Made by a program: the position numbers and the translations under genes. Under the pieces are notes generated by a model. The model was not told the DNA's origin, did no database searches, and worked only from the letters and a program-made list of their open reading frames with translations. A DNA stretch of 64,000 nucleotides. It comes from an uncultured Hormoscilla sp. GTDB taxonomy: Bacteria > Cyanobacteriota > Cyanobacteriia > Cyanobacteriales > Desertifilaceae. Where the stretch lies: positions 1,600,001-1,664,000 of the forward strand of contig OZ001293.3 in assembly GCA_963921275.4 (NCBI GenBank), given 5' to 3'. Below, in pieces: positions 41,769-52,444 of the stretch (position 1 is the first letter of the stretch; each line of letters starts with the position of its first letter).

Positions 41769-42416
41769 TTATTGCTCTGTGGAGTCGTTATCTTGAGGAC
41801 AGAACACGTGCTCTAAAATGCGGCGGTTTTCAACCTGTAAGCCTCTGATCTCAGATTGCATTTCTCTGATTTCAACTGTTATCTTTCTGATCTCATTCAC
41901 AATTTCCTCAAAATTGCGCTGATGGATCTCAACTATCTGCACCAAAGAACTAACTGTGGCGCGTAATTCGGCCATTTCCCGCCGGTCAGCTTCTCGCTCG
42001 CGCCGGTCAGCGGCGCGTAATTCGGCCATTTCCCGCCGGTCAGCTTCTCGCTCGCGCCGGTCAGCGGCGCGTAATTCGGCCATTTCCCGCTGGTCAGCTT
42101 CTCTGATCTGCACCAAAGAACTAACTGTGGCGCGTAATTCGGCCATTTCCCGCCAGTCAGCGGCGCGTAATTCGGTCATTTCCTGTTGGTCAGCTTCTCT
42201 GATCTGCACCAAAGAACCAACTGTGGCGCGTAATTCAGCCATTTCCCGCCGGTCAGCGGCGCGTAATTCGGCCATTTCCCGCTGGTCAGCTTCTCTGATC
42301 TGCACCAAAGAACTAACTGTGGCGCGTAATTCGGCCATTTCGCGCCGGTCAGCTTCTCTGTCTAGGGCGATTTGTTCCAGAACGGCTTCAATCCGGTCTA
42401 GTCTGTCTGTACTCAT
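41769..42416 (-). CDS. Coiled-coil protein with expanded internal repeats
   Basis: MSTDRLDRIEA.., repeated (RE)ADRREMAELRA(TVSSLVQI), C-terminal IRGLQVENRRILEH. Confidence 0.75.
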   Translation of the reverse strand: MSTDRLDRIEAVLEQIALDREADRREMAELRATVSSLVQIREADQREMAELRAADRREMAELRATVGSLVQIREADQQEMTELRAADWREMAELRATVSSLVQIREADQREMAELRAADRREREADRREMAELRAADRREREADRREMAELRATVSSLVQIVEIHQRNFEEIVNEIRKITVEIREMQSEIRGLQVENRRILEHVFCPQDNDSTEQ

Positions 42417-42531
42417 ATCATATTCCTCTCACTTCCCTTCTCATATTATCACAAATTTAGGGCGATCGCACTTTTAACTTTATACTGTTTGTAGTGCGAT
42501 CGCCCCGACAACTGAACCTCTAAATTTACAT

Positions 42532-43010
42532 TTAAAGCACCTGCGCCAATATCTTCTCCATATCCTCTAGCGGAACTGCGCCAGAGAAATCTTTCCCATT
42601 CATCACGAAGAAAGGCGTGCCGGAAACACCAAGTTTTTGACCTAGCTGCATATCCTGCTGAATGGCACTATCCGCCAAATTCCGATCGCGATTAAACTGC
42701 TCTAAACATGCAAACTTTGGGCAATCCTCACCCAATTTATCTTGCTGGGTAAATAGGGCGTCCTGGTACTCCCAGAACTTACCTTGCTGAGTAGCAAGCA
42801 GCCCAAGCAGCGCCTTTTGTTGAATATTCTCCAACAATACGCTAGCAGAGCGCAACTCCACCAAAAAATCTGGGCAAAGCGGCACATATTTTTGCCGCTG
42901 CACCGCAGTCAGCGCTGAGTAACGTTCCTTTCTCACCCAAGCAGCATCAGGAGAACGGATAGCGCTATTCGGGAGTATGAAACCGTTAGAAGCATCAAAG
43001 GCCACCCCTC
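42532..43010 (-). pseudogene. Chimeric remnant: Uma2 fragment fused to the C-terminus of a DsbA/thioredoxin-like protein
   Basis: GFILPNSAIRSPDAAWV..PLCPDFLVELRS followed by QQGKFWEYQDALF..LGVSGTPFFVMNG. Confidence 0.8.
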
Positions 43011-43202
43011 GATCGCTCTGACTGCAATGTAATCTAGCCCGCGCTGGCAGGCGAAGGTTTGTCTAGCCTCACCCTTTAGGGTTCCGGCTTAGCCCTGTCA
43101 AGGTGGGTCTGATGGGTGCTCTCTGCGTATATACGGTAGTGATCGGCATATTGCATCATTTTTTCTGTAGAGTCTCCAGTTTTTTATGTCAGTTATTTAC
43201 AA

Positions 43203-43424
43203 CAATAGTCCGGACCGTTTTGGCTGTACGTAGCTGCAAGCCTTGCGATGCACTCGGGGCGCGCTACTCGCACTACCCCTCGCGCATCGCAGCGTCAGCC
43301 TTTGCTCGATAGAGCAATTTTAGGCAAGTTAGCCCTGGGGCAGACATTGAAAAAAATAAGGCGCTTTTGGCTGCAACCCTTGTGTTGTAGTCGAAATAGG
43401 GTCTAAAAACTGTCCGGAGTATTG
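43203..43424. mobile_element. MITE with a nested hairpin
   Basis: TIRs CAATAGTCCGGACCGTTTT / AAAACTGTCCGGAGTATTG; 6-bp TSD TTACAA. Confidence 0.75.
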
Positions 43425-43539
43425 TTACAACAAATATACATTTTTATTCCAAATAGAGAGCCCGAGGGTGATTAATGCGGCAATGTCTGCTATGTATAAG
43501 AGAGTGTCGTAGCCTATCAATGGAAGTTGGGGGGGTGAA

Positions 43540-43990
43540 ATGCTGAATGTCATAGCAGAAGCGTTTTGTGCAAGAAAGTCCTGTTAGTGTCATGATGCGT
43601 GGCCTAATGGAACACATTTTTAATAGTAGGCATATAGACTCAATCTTTGAGCAACACGCTCTCAACCAATACACGGGAGAGTTGATGTTCTCAAATCTAG
43701 TAGATTTGATGAGAAAGCGTGGTCTGTGGCATTTTCAAGAGTGTAAATGCTACCTAGAGAGCTAAAGCAAAAGAGCTCCAATCGCCCATCGCGTAGCGTG
43801 CAACCATGGGCGCGCAATTGCAAGTTTGATGCCGACTGACGCTGCTTTGGGATAGACCGGTTGCCGATGATATCGCTAGTCAAGGTTTTGACACCCTCTT
43901 TCTGGAGACATTTGGCTACGGCAGAACACCGTTGTCGTATAGTCATCGTTTCCGATTTGAAGATTTACTTCGAATACGATACCAATCCCT
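43540..43990 (+). mobile_element. IS4-family transposase remnant
   Basis: FVQESPVSVMMRGLMEHIF..IDSIFEQHA..QYTGELMFSNLVDLM. Confidence 0.65.
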
Positions 43991-44257
43991 GTGACCTGTC
44001 GCAGGGATTTTTTTCGAGAGTGTTTTTTTCTACACGTCCGGAAGCTGGATTTTTTGTCCCGCTTTACGTTGGTAGCCCATAAATTTATATTTTGGAGAGG
44101 TCTACTGCTGAAGCAGCAGGTCAACTTTCAGAAGAAAAAATGCGGCAAGGCGGTGACGGCGACACAAAATTGAGATGTACCCATAAGGTGGGCGATGCCC
44201 ACCCTACTTTGGTAGCGTACAGCTACAATAGAGACAGGCGTGATTAAGACAAAAACT

Positions 44258-45037
44258 ATGCACTTAACTTGGTTAGACAGCAACTCCTGGCTGATAGAAA
44301 TAGGAGATAAACGCATACTCCTCGACCCCTGGTTAGTGGGAGACTTAGTCTTTGGCAACCTCACCTGGTTATTCAAAGGTTACCGACATCAGACCCGCGC
44401 CATTCCCGAAAACATTGATTTGATTCTCTTATCTCAGGGATTGGAAGACCACACCCATACCCCCACTCTCAAGCTGCTGGACAAGAATATTCCTGTGGTT
44501 GCTTCTCCTAATGCTGCTAAAGTAGTGCAAAAATTGGGATATAATCTGATTATATCCCTCGCTCACGGAGAAACATTCACTTATAATCAGACTGTGGAAA
44601 TCAAAGCTGTGCCCGGTTCACTCGTTGGTGTAAATATGGTGGAAAATGGCTATATACTCAAGGAAAGAGACCGGGGCTTGACGATCTATTATGAACCTCA
44701 CGGTTCTCATGATCCCAAACTGAAGTCCGCTGCGCCAATAGATGTAGTGATGACTCCGATAGTTGACGTAGCACTGCCCCTGGTGGGACCAATAATTAAG
44801 GGAACGTCGAGTGCCCTAGAACTGGCAAAATGGGTACAACCCCAAGTGATGCTCCCCACTGCTGCTGGCGGGGATGTAGTTTTTGAGGGATTGCTGAATT
44901 CTCTGTTACGTGCTAAAGGAAGTATTGAGGAATTTCGCGAGCAGCTGAAGGCAAATGGTCTGGATACCAGGGCGATCGCACCAGAACCAGGTGATCGCAT
45001 TGAACTAAAATTAGATCTGGTTCGTAGTAAGGACTAA
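44258..45037 (+). CDS. MBL-fold metallo-hydrolase-like protein
   Basis: MHLTWLDSNSWL..ILLDPWLVG..LILLSQGLEDHTH..YYEPHG. Confidence 0.88.
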   Translation: MHLTWLDSNSWLIEIGDKRILLDPWLVGDLVFGNLTWLFKGYRHQTRAIPENIDLILLSQGLEDHTHTPTLKLLDKNIPVVASPNAAKVVQKLGYNLIISLAHGETFTYNQTVEIKAVPGSLVGVNMVENGYILKERDRGLTIYYEPHGSHDPKLKSAAPIDVVMTPIVDVALPLVGPIIKGTSSALELAKWVQPQVMLPTAAGGDVVFEGLLNSLLRAKGSIEEFREQLKANGLDTRAIAPEPGDRIELKLDLVRSKD

Positions 45038-45229
45038 AGTCCTTCAGGTTCGTAGTAAGGACTAAAGTCCTTACCAGCGTGAACCGGCTCCGGACATGGG
45101 TGGCTAGTAGGTGAAGTTGGGCAAGAGGAGGGAGATGGAACAGCAACCCTAGGGGAAGGGAAACAAATACGGTGCTGCTGTGTCAGTAGTAAGGAATAAT
45201 AGGATAAAGACAACCTGAGTACAAGTACC

Positions 45230-46180
45230 ATGAAAGCTGAACCCATTATGTTGTCTGTGATGTCTGCCTGGTTGCTCGCTGCTCCCCAGGTAATCAGCGC
45301 CCACCCGCCCACCATGCTAGCCCAATTCGGTGGGGTCGAAGAGCAGACGAGCATAGATGTCTATCAAAAGGCTAGCCCGGGTGTGGTGACAATTAAAGCT
45401 GGTAGGAGTTCTGGGTCTGGAAGTATTATCGCTGCTGAAGGGCTGGTTTTAACCAACGAACATGTGGTCAGAGACTCTCGCAGTGGTCGAGTTTCGGTGA
45501 AAACTGCTAACGGGAGGGCCTACACGGGTCAGGTAATTGCCACAGACAAAAAGAACGATCTGGCCCTGGTGCGACTGAATGCCAATCAGCGTTTACCGAT
45601 CATTTCTCTGGCCAATGCTAATAGCATTCGCGTGGGTCAGCAGGTTTATGCGATCGGGAGTCCCTTTGGACTAGAGGGAACCTTGACTACCGGAATTCTC
45701 AGCCGCATAGATGAGAAAGATGGAGATTTGCAAACGGATGCGGCCTTGAACCAAGGGAACTCCGGAGGACCGCTGCTGAATTCCCGGGGTGAACTGATTG
45801 GGGTGAACAAATCGATTATTAGCTCCAGCCGCGAGGGAGGTAATATTGGGATTGGGTTTGCTACCAGTGTGCGCGTAGCCCGAGATTTTATTGCCCGCAA
45901 CGCTAGTATCGATATTAATCCAGATCGACTTTATGAATCTGCAGGCGATCGCCCTCGCCTGGGGGTGACTGTAAATCAGAGAATGATGGTGCTGCAGGTA
46001 GATCGGGGATCGCCAGCAGAGAGGGCGGGACTGATGGACGGCGACAGGCTGGTAGGAATTAACGGCCAGAGGGTGAGAAATATAGATGATGTCAAGAGTT
46101 TTCTCGATCGCCGTCCCGGGTCCATTGTGTTAATATACATCCGTAATGGTAGTCGCGCTCGGACTCAGGTCAATTTTTAA
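45230..46180 (+). CDS. HtrA/Deg-type S1C serine protease with a PDZ domain
   Basis: GSGSII, LTNEHVV, DLALV, QTDAALNQGNSGGPL; PDZ GSPAERAGL..GD. Confidence 0.93.
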   Translation: MKAEPIMLSVMSAWLLAAPQVISAHPPTMLAQFGGVEEQTSIDVYQKASPGVVTIKAGRSSGSGSIIAAEGLVLTNEHVVRDSRSGRVSVKTANGRAYTGQVIATDKKNDLALVRLNANQRLPIISLANANSIRVGQQVYAIGSPFGLEGTLTTGILSRIDEKDGDLQTDAALNQGNSGGPLLNSRGELIGVNKSIISSSREGGNIGIGFATSVRVARDFIARNASIDINPDRLYESAGDRPRLGVTVNQRMMVLQVDRGSPAERAGLMDGDRLVGINGQRVRNIDDVKSFLDRRPGSIVLIYIRNGSRARTQVNF

Positions 46181-46188
46181 GTAAAACT

Positions 46189-47352
46189 ATGGGCATCGCC
46201 AAGGCAATTGCTGACTGGTTAGAAGGTCGTTGGGTGACTCCCGCCTATGCGGGTTGGCTGCTAGCAGGACTGACCCTCTGTTTCTTGGCAGCAGCAGCTA
46301 ACACAATGGTAGGCTGGCTCTACGTGCTGAGTGGGATCGCGATAGCTCTGTTGGCAATTGCGGCGATATTGCCTCCCCGATCGCTCGTCGGCATTCAGGT
46401 CAAGAGAAGTCCCATCCCCCCGGTGAGTACGGGCGATCGCCTGACGATCTCCATCGCGATTGAAAATCAGACTCTGCAACCGAAAACTCTGCTGGAAGTT
46501 CGCGACATTCTGCCCTTTGTCCTGGGGGAACCAGCAGAAGAGGCGATCGACCTAATTCCTCCCCAAGGGGTCTTCAAGTGGGTTTACTACTATCAGACCC
46601 AAAAACGGGGGATTTACCGCTGGCATCGGCTAGATTTGAGAACAGCAACCCTTCTAGGGTTGTTTTGGTGTCGGCGATCGCGGGATGCTGAAGCCAGGGC
46701 AATTGTATATCCTCAGGTATTACTCCTGAGCAATTGCCCAATTATCGATCGCATGGGCGAAAAAGATGCCCTCAAATTTAGGAGCGATCGGCGAGGTTTC
46801 CAAAACGCCAGCGAAGGACTAACACGTGCCTTACGACCTTACCGGGTCGGGGATCCCTTTCGTTTAATCCATTGGCGTACCAGTGCTCGTCACGGGGAAC
46901 TGTTAGTGCGAGAATTAGAAGTAATGACGGGCGGTCAAGAAGTAATCATCTGCTTGGATACAGCTTTTACCTGGAATAGCGATGATTTTGAACAAGCAGT
47001 AATAGCTGCTGCATCTCTATACTTTTATGCTTCGCGGCGTCAGATGAACGCGAGACTCTGGACAGCAGCAACAGGTTTACTGCAAGGATATCGGGTAGTG
47101 TTAGAAGCTTTGGCAGCAACTAATTTTAATGAAGAAGTGAAAACTGATAGTTACTTACCCGATCAGCCTGCAGTATGGTTGACACAAAATCCTGATAGTT
47201 TAAATGGGTTGCCCATAGGGAGTCGCTGGGTATTGTGGAGACCAGATGACTCAGAACCTACCGAGACAAACTTGGTGAATAATGATTATCTCGGTTTGAC
47301 GATCTATCGAGAAGAAGAACTAGCAACTCAGCTGCAAAAGCGGCTATGGTAA
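46189..47352 (+). CDS. DUF58 domain protein
   Basis: LRPYRVGDPFRLIHWRTSAR; DDFEQAVIAAASL. Confidence 0.9.
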   Translation: MGIAKAIADWLEGRWVTPAYAGWLLAGLTLCFLAAAANTMVGWLYVLSGIAIALLAIAAILPPRSLVGIQVKRSPIPPVSTGDRLTISIAIENQTLQPKTLLEVRDILPFVLGEPAEEAIDLIPPQGVFKWVYYYQTQKRGIYRWHRLDLRTATLLGLFWCRRSRDAEARAIVYPQVLLLSNCPIIDRMGEKDALKFRSDRRGFQNASEGLTRALRPYRVGDPFRLIHWRTSARHGELLVRELEVMTGGQEVIICLDTAFTWNSDDFEQAVIAAASLYFYASRRQMNARLWTAATGLLQGYRVVLEALAATNFNEEVKTDSYLPDQPAVWLTQNPDSLNGLPIGSRWVLWRPDDSEPTETNLVNNDYLGLTIYREEELATQLQKRLW

Positions 47353-47545
47353 TGGAACAAAATCGCGCTTTTGAACAAACTAATCTCCTCTTGATTCTTC
47401 CCGGATAAAAGCCCAAGCAATTATGCCCAGCAGCAACAGGCCAATAATAATAGGAATGCCGATGCTAATCACTGTCACTTACTCCTGTTAACTCGATTAA
47501 CTCGTTAACTCGTTGCCTGGTTAGACTCGTTCTATCACATTTCCA

Positions 47546-47917
47546 CTACTTGCTAGCTCTCCCAACTAAGTAACTGAGAAGACTGCTGACCGTTGCAGTA
47601 AGAGCAGCAATAGCAAACCTCACTTTACTTTCTGAAGATGTATCTAGCTGAAGAATTGTGAAAGCATAAATGTCAATACGCAAAACGATCAAAACTGCCA
47701 GCAAAAAGATAATAATATCCTTGCTTTGGTTTAAGATGAAGATAAACCACTCTTTCCTAAGCTCCTGTCCTGCCTTAATCTCTCGCAGCTTGCGATCAAA
47801 ATCTGCTTCCTCTTGAGACTGAGCAGCTAATTGAATAGAAAGATCATCTTTGCTACTCTGTTTGTCTCGGACAACTTGGTCGAAAAAAAATTTAACTTTG
47901 TCGGGAATGTTTTGCAC
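47546..47917 (-). CDS. Small hypothetical membrane protein
   Basis: 123-aa ORF with two hydrophobic segments, translationally coupled to the upstream RHH-like gene. Confidence 0.55.
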   Translation of the reverse strand: MQNIPDKVKFFFDQVVRDKQSSKDDLSIQLAAQSQEEADFDRKLREIKAGQELRKEWFIFILNQSKDIIIFLLAVLIVLRIDIYAFTILQLDTSSESKVRFAIAALTATVSSLLSYLVGRASK

Positions 47918-48144
47918 TATGATACCAATGAATGTGTTTGTTCAACTTGCTCTGGCTCGATAATTTTGATTTCCTTGCCCTCTTCTAAAGCTTTTACTGC
48001 TACCTCAAACAAAGAGATAGCCTTTTGCAGGACATCAGCTTTGTCACTATCTATCTTTTGAGCAAGACTGTCTAAAGTAGCATAAAGTTGGGGTGACATT
48101 TCCATAATGAGCTTGATTTTTTCTTGTGTAGCCATTGGCTCCAC
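47917..48144 (-). CDS. Small ribbon-helix-helix-like DNA-binding protein
   Basis: KIKLIMEMSPQLYATLDSLAQKIDSDKADVLQKAISLFEVA pattern. Confidence 0.7.
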   Translation of the reverse strand: MEPMATQEKIKLIMEMSPQLYATLDSLAQKIDSDKADVLQKAISLFEVAVKALEEGKEIKIIEPEQVEQTHSLVS

Positions 48145-48664
48145 CTCTCCTTGCTAATATACATTCTGTCCGCGAGTCCAGCACGGATATTTCCGAGAGC
48201 GCGTTCATTTTCATTTTAGCAATCGTCCCCATAGATATCAAGTCTGGTTATATAGCACTCCTATCGGATCGCGCAGCGTAGCGACAGCGTGCAGCCATGT
48301 CTTTATGCAATAGGTCCCGATCTGCTACCGATGTTCCGGGCCCGCAACAGCACTTCATCGTCAGAACTCGCCGTCCCAATCCACTCAGGAGTTACCAGGT
48401 TTCTCGGTTTTCATGATTGTCGATTGCTATAATTATATTATCACTGTTTGCAAAAAATTTGTCAACCAGACATATTTTTCCAGAGCGATCGCTCCCACGA
48501 GATGCCGATCGCAGCGTGGCGCAGCCATAGGCGGGCTGACAGCGAAGTCGGAGAACTTTCGCGGAATAAGTGTAGTAACCTTTTTTATAAATGGTATAAT
48601 TACCTCACTTCGCTATCCGCCGGGGTTGAAACCCGGGATGACAACAAACTAATATTATCGGATG

Positions 48665-49546
48665 TTATTTGGGCGGCGAGGGTTCGGGGCTGAGAATCAT
48701 CAGTTGATTCCCCTTACCGCTGTGCTGAATGACTACTACTGGGGGACGCGCTTCTGGCGGGGCGTCTTTGGGAAGAGTAGGGAAAATATAAAACTGACTG
48801 TTGCTGTTTATCAGTAAGCGCCACACAATGATATCGGAGGAGTTGGAGTCAGTTGTATTGTTAAGTTCTCGTCCTATCAACTGTTCGTATAATCGCCTGT
48901 CCCCTATTACCCGGAAGTTTTTGGGAAAGGGGTCTATTGTTTCGTTGTTGAGTTGGCGTCCTAATCCTAAACTATCCTCTTTGGTGACGAGAGTAATAAC
49001 AGGTAAGGTAGAAGTATCGTTGACCGCATCCCGTCGGGCGTCAAGATATCCCTGGGTACGGGCGAGGAAAAATAGGACAGTTAATACCCAAGCTACTACT
49101 ACGATCTCCCGGAAGAAAGCCCGATCGTAACTGATGGGCTGAACTTGTGGCAACCTTTGCAGTAGGCGAGTTATCCGACGATGTCCTTGGTTCAGACTCC
49201 ATTGACTGAGGGTCCACCGCCACTGCATGAAAATTCTGGCTGGTTTGGTAGTGACGAACTGAATTACCCGTAAGGTCAGTTTAATTAGATTAGGTGTTAA
49301 AATCAGCGCTAGAATAGTCCTGAAGAGGGTGCTGAAATCTCCCATAGCGAAGTTGCCAAATAATACCTGGATCGGAACGATAAAAAATGACTCAATGGGC
49401 AGATCGAAGCTGGTAACATTTACCTTGAAAAAGGCGAAGTAAGCCCAGCGATATATCCAGCCAGTAAAGTAGAGGGCTGCTGCAAGTAAGCCGACGATAC
49501 TGGTAAATTTACCTAAGAGATTCGATGATTCGTTGGATGTAGACAC
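48665..49546 (-). CDS. Hypothetical membrane protein
   Basis: 293-aa ORF with several TM segments (ALYFTGWIYRWAYF). Confidence 0.7.
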   Translation of the reverse strand: MSTSNESSNLLGKFTSIVGLLAAALYFTGWIYRWAYFAFFKVNVTSFDLPIESFFIVPIQVLFGNFAMGDFSTLFRTILALILTPNLIKLTLRVIQFVTTKPARIFMQWRWTLSQWSLNQGHRRITRLLQRLPQVQPISYDRAFFREIVVVAWVLTVLFFLARTQGYLDARRDAVNDTSTLPVITLVTKEDSLGLGRQLNNETIDPFPKNFRVIGDRRLYEQLIGRELNNTTDSNSSDIIVWRLLINSNSQFYIFPTLPKDAPPEARPPVVVIQHSGKGNQLMILSPEPSPPK

Positions 49547-49604
49547 AGAAGGAATAATAATCTATATTAGAAACAGTATAGTAGTGCAAAGGCAAGTCAA
49601 TATC

Positions 49605-50453
49605 ATGAAAGTATTCTTCGAGATACTCGTCATTGTCATGCTCGCGACCACGTCGGGATCCTGTTATAACTGGACATCTTCGCCTGTAACAGAGCCTGTA
49701 ACAGAGAAAGAGAATGTCAGGGAAGCACCCAGCCACCGCAACAGTCCCACTGTAGCGCAGAATAGACGAGAAAAACCCCCTATTCCCCTGTCCTTGCCGA
49801 AGAATGCACGAGTTTCCTGGATGATGGAACCTCCCGATCGGGTCAGGTGGTAGGGATTGATGGGGCAAGAGTTAACAATTGAGGCAGGGAATAGCCGTCG
49901 CTCACTTCCCATTGACCAAATTGACCATGTCAAGCTTGAAGGTGATATGTCGTTTCCTAAGCCTGATCGGCCTCTTAAGGTTCCTGATGTCATCTATGAC
50001 GATCCGATGCCGAGTCTCTATGACCCAGATGAGGAATTGACACTACAGGAAAGGCGGCCTAATTCAACTGAAGGTGATATGTGGTTTTCTAAGCCTGATC
50101 CGCCTCTTAAGGTTCCTGATGTCATCTATCACGGTCCGATGCCGAGTCTCTATGACCCAGATGAGGAATTGACACTACAGGAAAGGCGGCCTAATTCAAC
50201 TGAGGTTTTTCTAGTCAAATTTCTAGTCCGAATAGATGGGTTTGAATGGGAAGACTCCGAACGTGGTATTGCCAGGATCAAGCCAGAAGCGGTGGTGCAA
50301 GTCGATGGGCGATCGGGGATTCCTCGTGCAATGCAGGGACGTATCCTCCGTGGTGACAGCCGCTATGTGGTGAGGGAGATGCGGTTTTTCCCAGAAGAGG
50401 GACAGATGAAGATTACAGCGGCTCTTCTGCGTCCTCGCCTGGGAGACTCTTAG
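49605..50453 (+). pseudogene. Lipoprotein-like hypothetical split by a TAG (49851-53), with a 132-bp internal tandem duplication
   Basis: MKVFFEILVIVMLATTSGSC signal. ORFs 49533..49853 and 49857..50453 share a frame. The 44-aa repeat starts at 49938 and 50070. Confidence 0.6.
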
Positions 50454-50469
50454 CCTTAGGAAATCCCGT

Positions 50470-51031
50470 TCCTTCAGAACCGCAACATCTGCCAGGGGCT
50501 GAGGAAGAAGCCAGAAAAATTCATCAAATCATGGCCGGAAAATTACTTCCCGGCTTCCACGCCACCCTGGACGCCTTCAAGCTGGAAGCACCTCAGTCTC
50601 AGTTACTGCATCTGGCGACTCACGGCTGTTTTCAAAAGGCCGGTTGTCCCAAATTGCAGATGGAAGAGAATACCTTGCTATTTGCCGATCGAAAACTCAA
50701 CATTAGCGATGCGGCGCTGCTGGGACTAGAAAACGTTGATTTAATCGCCCTCAGCGCCTGTCAAACCGCAATGGAAGCGGACTCCAACGGGGAAGAAATA
50801 GCGGGACTAGCCTATCTATTTGAACGGGCGGGTGCGGGTGCGGTGATGGCGAGTCTCTGGAATGCCGACGACGAAATCACCAAGGAAATGATGGTGGAGT
50901 TTTACCAGCATCTGAAAGATGGGAAGATGAGCAAAGCGGAAGCGCTGCAAAAGGCGAAGCTTGCCCAGATTGACAAGTACCAGCATCATTCCTCTTGGTC
51001 CCCGTTTATTCTGATTGGTAATGGAAGCTAA
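50470..51031 (+). pseudogene. C-terminal CHAT (caspase-like) domain fragment
   Basis: LLHLATHG, LIALSACQTA, VMASLWN, WSPFILIG. No N-terminal TPR region. Confidence 0.85.
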
Positions 51032-51153
51032 GCAATTCAAAATTCTAAATCGTAGGTTGGGTTGAGGCACGAAACCCAACCATCATACATTTCTGAATAT
51101 ATCGCCATCCATTCCCAATTTACCATTCTCAATTTACCATTTAGGATAAAAAA

Positions 51154-51528
51154 TATGTCATTACCAGCGGAATTTTGGCAAGGGATCGAGCAATTCAACC
51201 AGCAAGCGTTCTACGCCTGTCACGATACTCTGGAAGCCTTATGGATAGAAGCCTCAGAACCAGAGAGAACTTTTTATCAAGGCATTCTGCAAATTGCTGT
51301 CGCCATCTATCATCTCGGCAATGATAACTGGCGGGGTGCCGTTCTCCTCCTGGGAGAAGGCATTTCTCGCCTCAGCCGTTACCTACCTGACTATGCAGGA
51401 CTTGATATCAATGAATTGCTAACTGAGAGTAAAGAACTCCTAAAGCAGTTGCAACAAGCCGGACCGGAAAATGTTAATTCAACTACTTGGAAATATCCCC
51501 AAATTGTTAAGATAGTTGATAGATAGTA
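51154..51528 (+). CDS. DUF309 family protein
   Basis: FYACHDTLEALW..FYQGILQIAVAIYHLGNDNWRGA. Confidence 0.88.
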
Positions 51529-51636
51529 GGGTGGGCACCAGAAGCTATCTGTAACGAATAGTCGGGATGCGCCCATTCTGTCAGAATTGGTAACATCAGT
51601 TTACACTAGAACTTAAAGTCAAATCCCAAAAATCAC

Positions 51637-51955
51637 ATGGCACTCGCACAAACAGAACATAGGTATATACAACTAAGAGAGCCTGGGGTTCCGATCGTTG
51701 AGGGAACTTCTATGAAAGTAGCAGAACTGATTACCTCCGTCAAAGCCTACGGCTGGAGTCCCGAAGAATTGCTCTCAAATTACCCACACCTAACCATGAG
51801 CAAGATCTACTCAGCTTTAGCCTACTACTAGGACCACAAAGAGGAAATTGATGCTGACATAGACAGGCGGGAGCAGTATGTTAAGCAGTTAGAACTAGAA
51901 GCGGGCGAATCAGCCTTTGCAGCCCACCTCCGCGCCCAAGGGTTACTACAATTAG
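51637..51955 (+). pseudogene. DUF433 antitoxin with an in-frame TAG
   Basis: GVPIVEGTSMKV..WSPEELLSNYPHLTMSKIYSALAYY*DHKEEIDADI. Confidence 0.85.
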
Positions 51956-51968
51956 TTTATCGCTCTAT

Positions 51969-52298
51969 ATGGATGAAAACGTCCCCATCGCCATTACAAG
52001 AGGATTGCGATCGCGAAATGTCGATGTTCTGACAGCCCAAGAAGATGGACTTACTAGCTTTCCCGACAATGTTATATTCGATCGGGTAACTGAACTAGGA
52101 AGGCTAGTCTTTTCACAAGATAGAGACTTTTTAGTTGAGGCAAGACGCCGTCAAGCTGAAGGGATCGATTTTCCGGGAGTCATCTATGCCCGTCAATTTC
52201 GCGTCGCCGTTGGTGATTCTGTACGTGACTTGAAGATGATTGCCAAATTGGGTAATCCTCAAGAGTTTGCCAATCAGGTTATATATCTGCCTTTATAG
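51969..52298 (+). CDS. DUF5615 PIN-like toxin
   Basis: MDENVP..DVLTAQEDG..RLVFSQDRDFL..PGVIY; paired with DUF433. Confidence 0.85.
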   Translation: MDENVPIAITRGLRSRNVDVLTAQEDGLTSFPDNVIFDRVTELGRLVFSQDRDFLVEARRRQAEGIDFPGVIYARQFRVAVGDSVRDLKMIAKLGNPQEFANQVIYLPL

Positions 52299-52444
52299 CA
52301 CGATCGCGATCCTAAGAGAGTAGCCCATCTCCTGCATGGCATTTCGTAATGACATTGCTTTGTTTGTGTAGCCCTACTCTAGCTGCTGCGCAGCAGTTTC
52401 CTATGATTGTTGGGGCCTGGTGGTAGCTTGATGGCGATTAACAA

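Noticed and set aside
41956..42477. 173-aa + strand ORF and similar antisense ORFs across the window
   Set aside because: They are shadow frames of recognised genes on the opposite strand.
27274..51831. Amber (TAG) recoding, suggested by TAG at expected Trp codons in both Uma2 genes, menD and DUF433
   Set aside because: TGG-to-TAG is an ordinary transition. Other pseudogenes have TAA stops and frameshifts, and intact genes (pntA, the glycosyltransferase) end in TAG.
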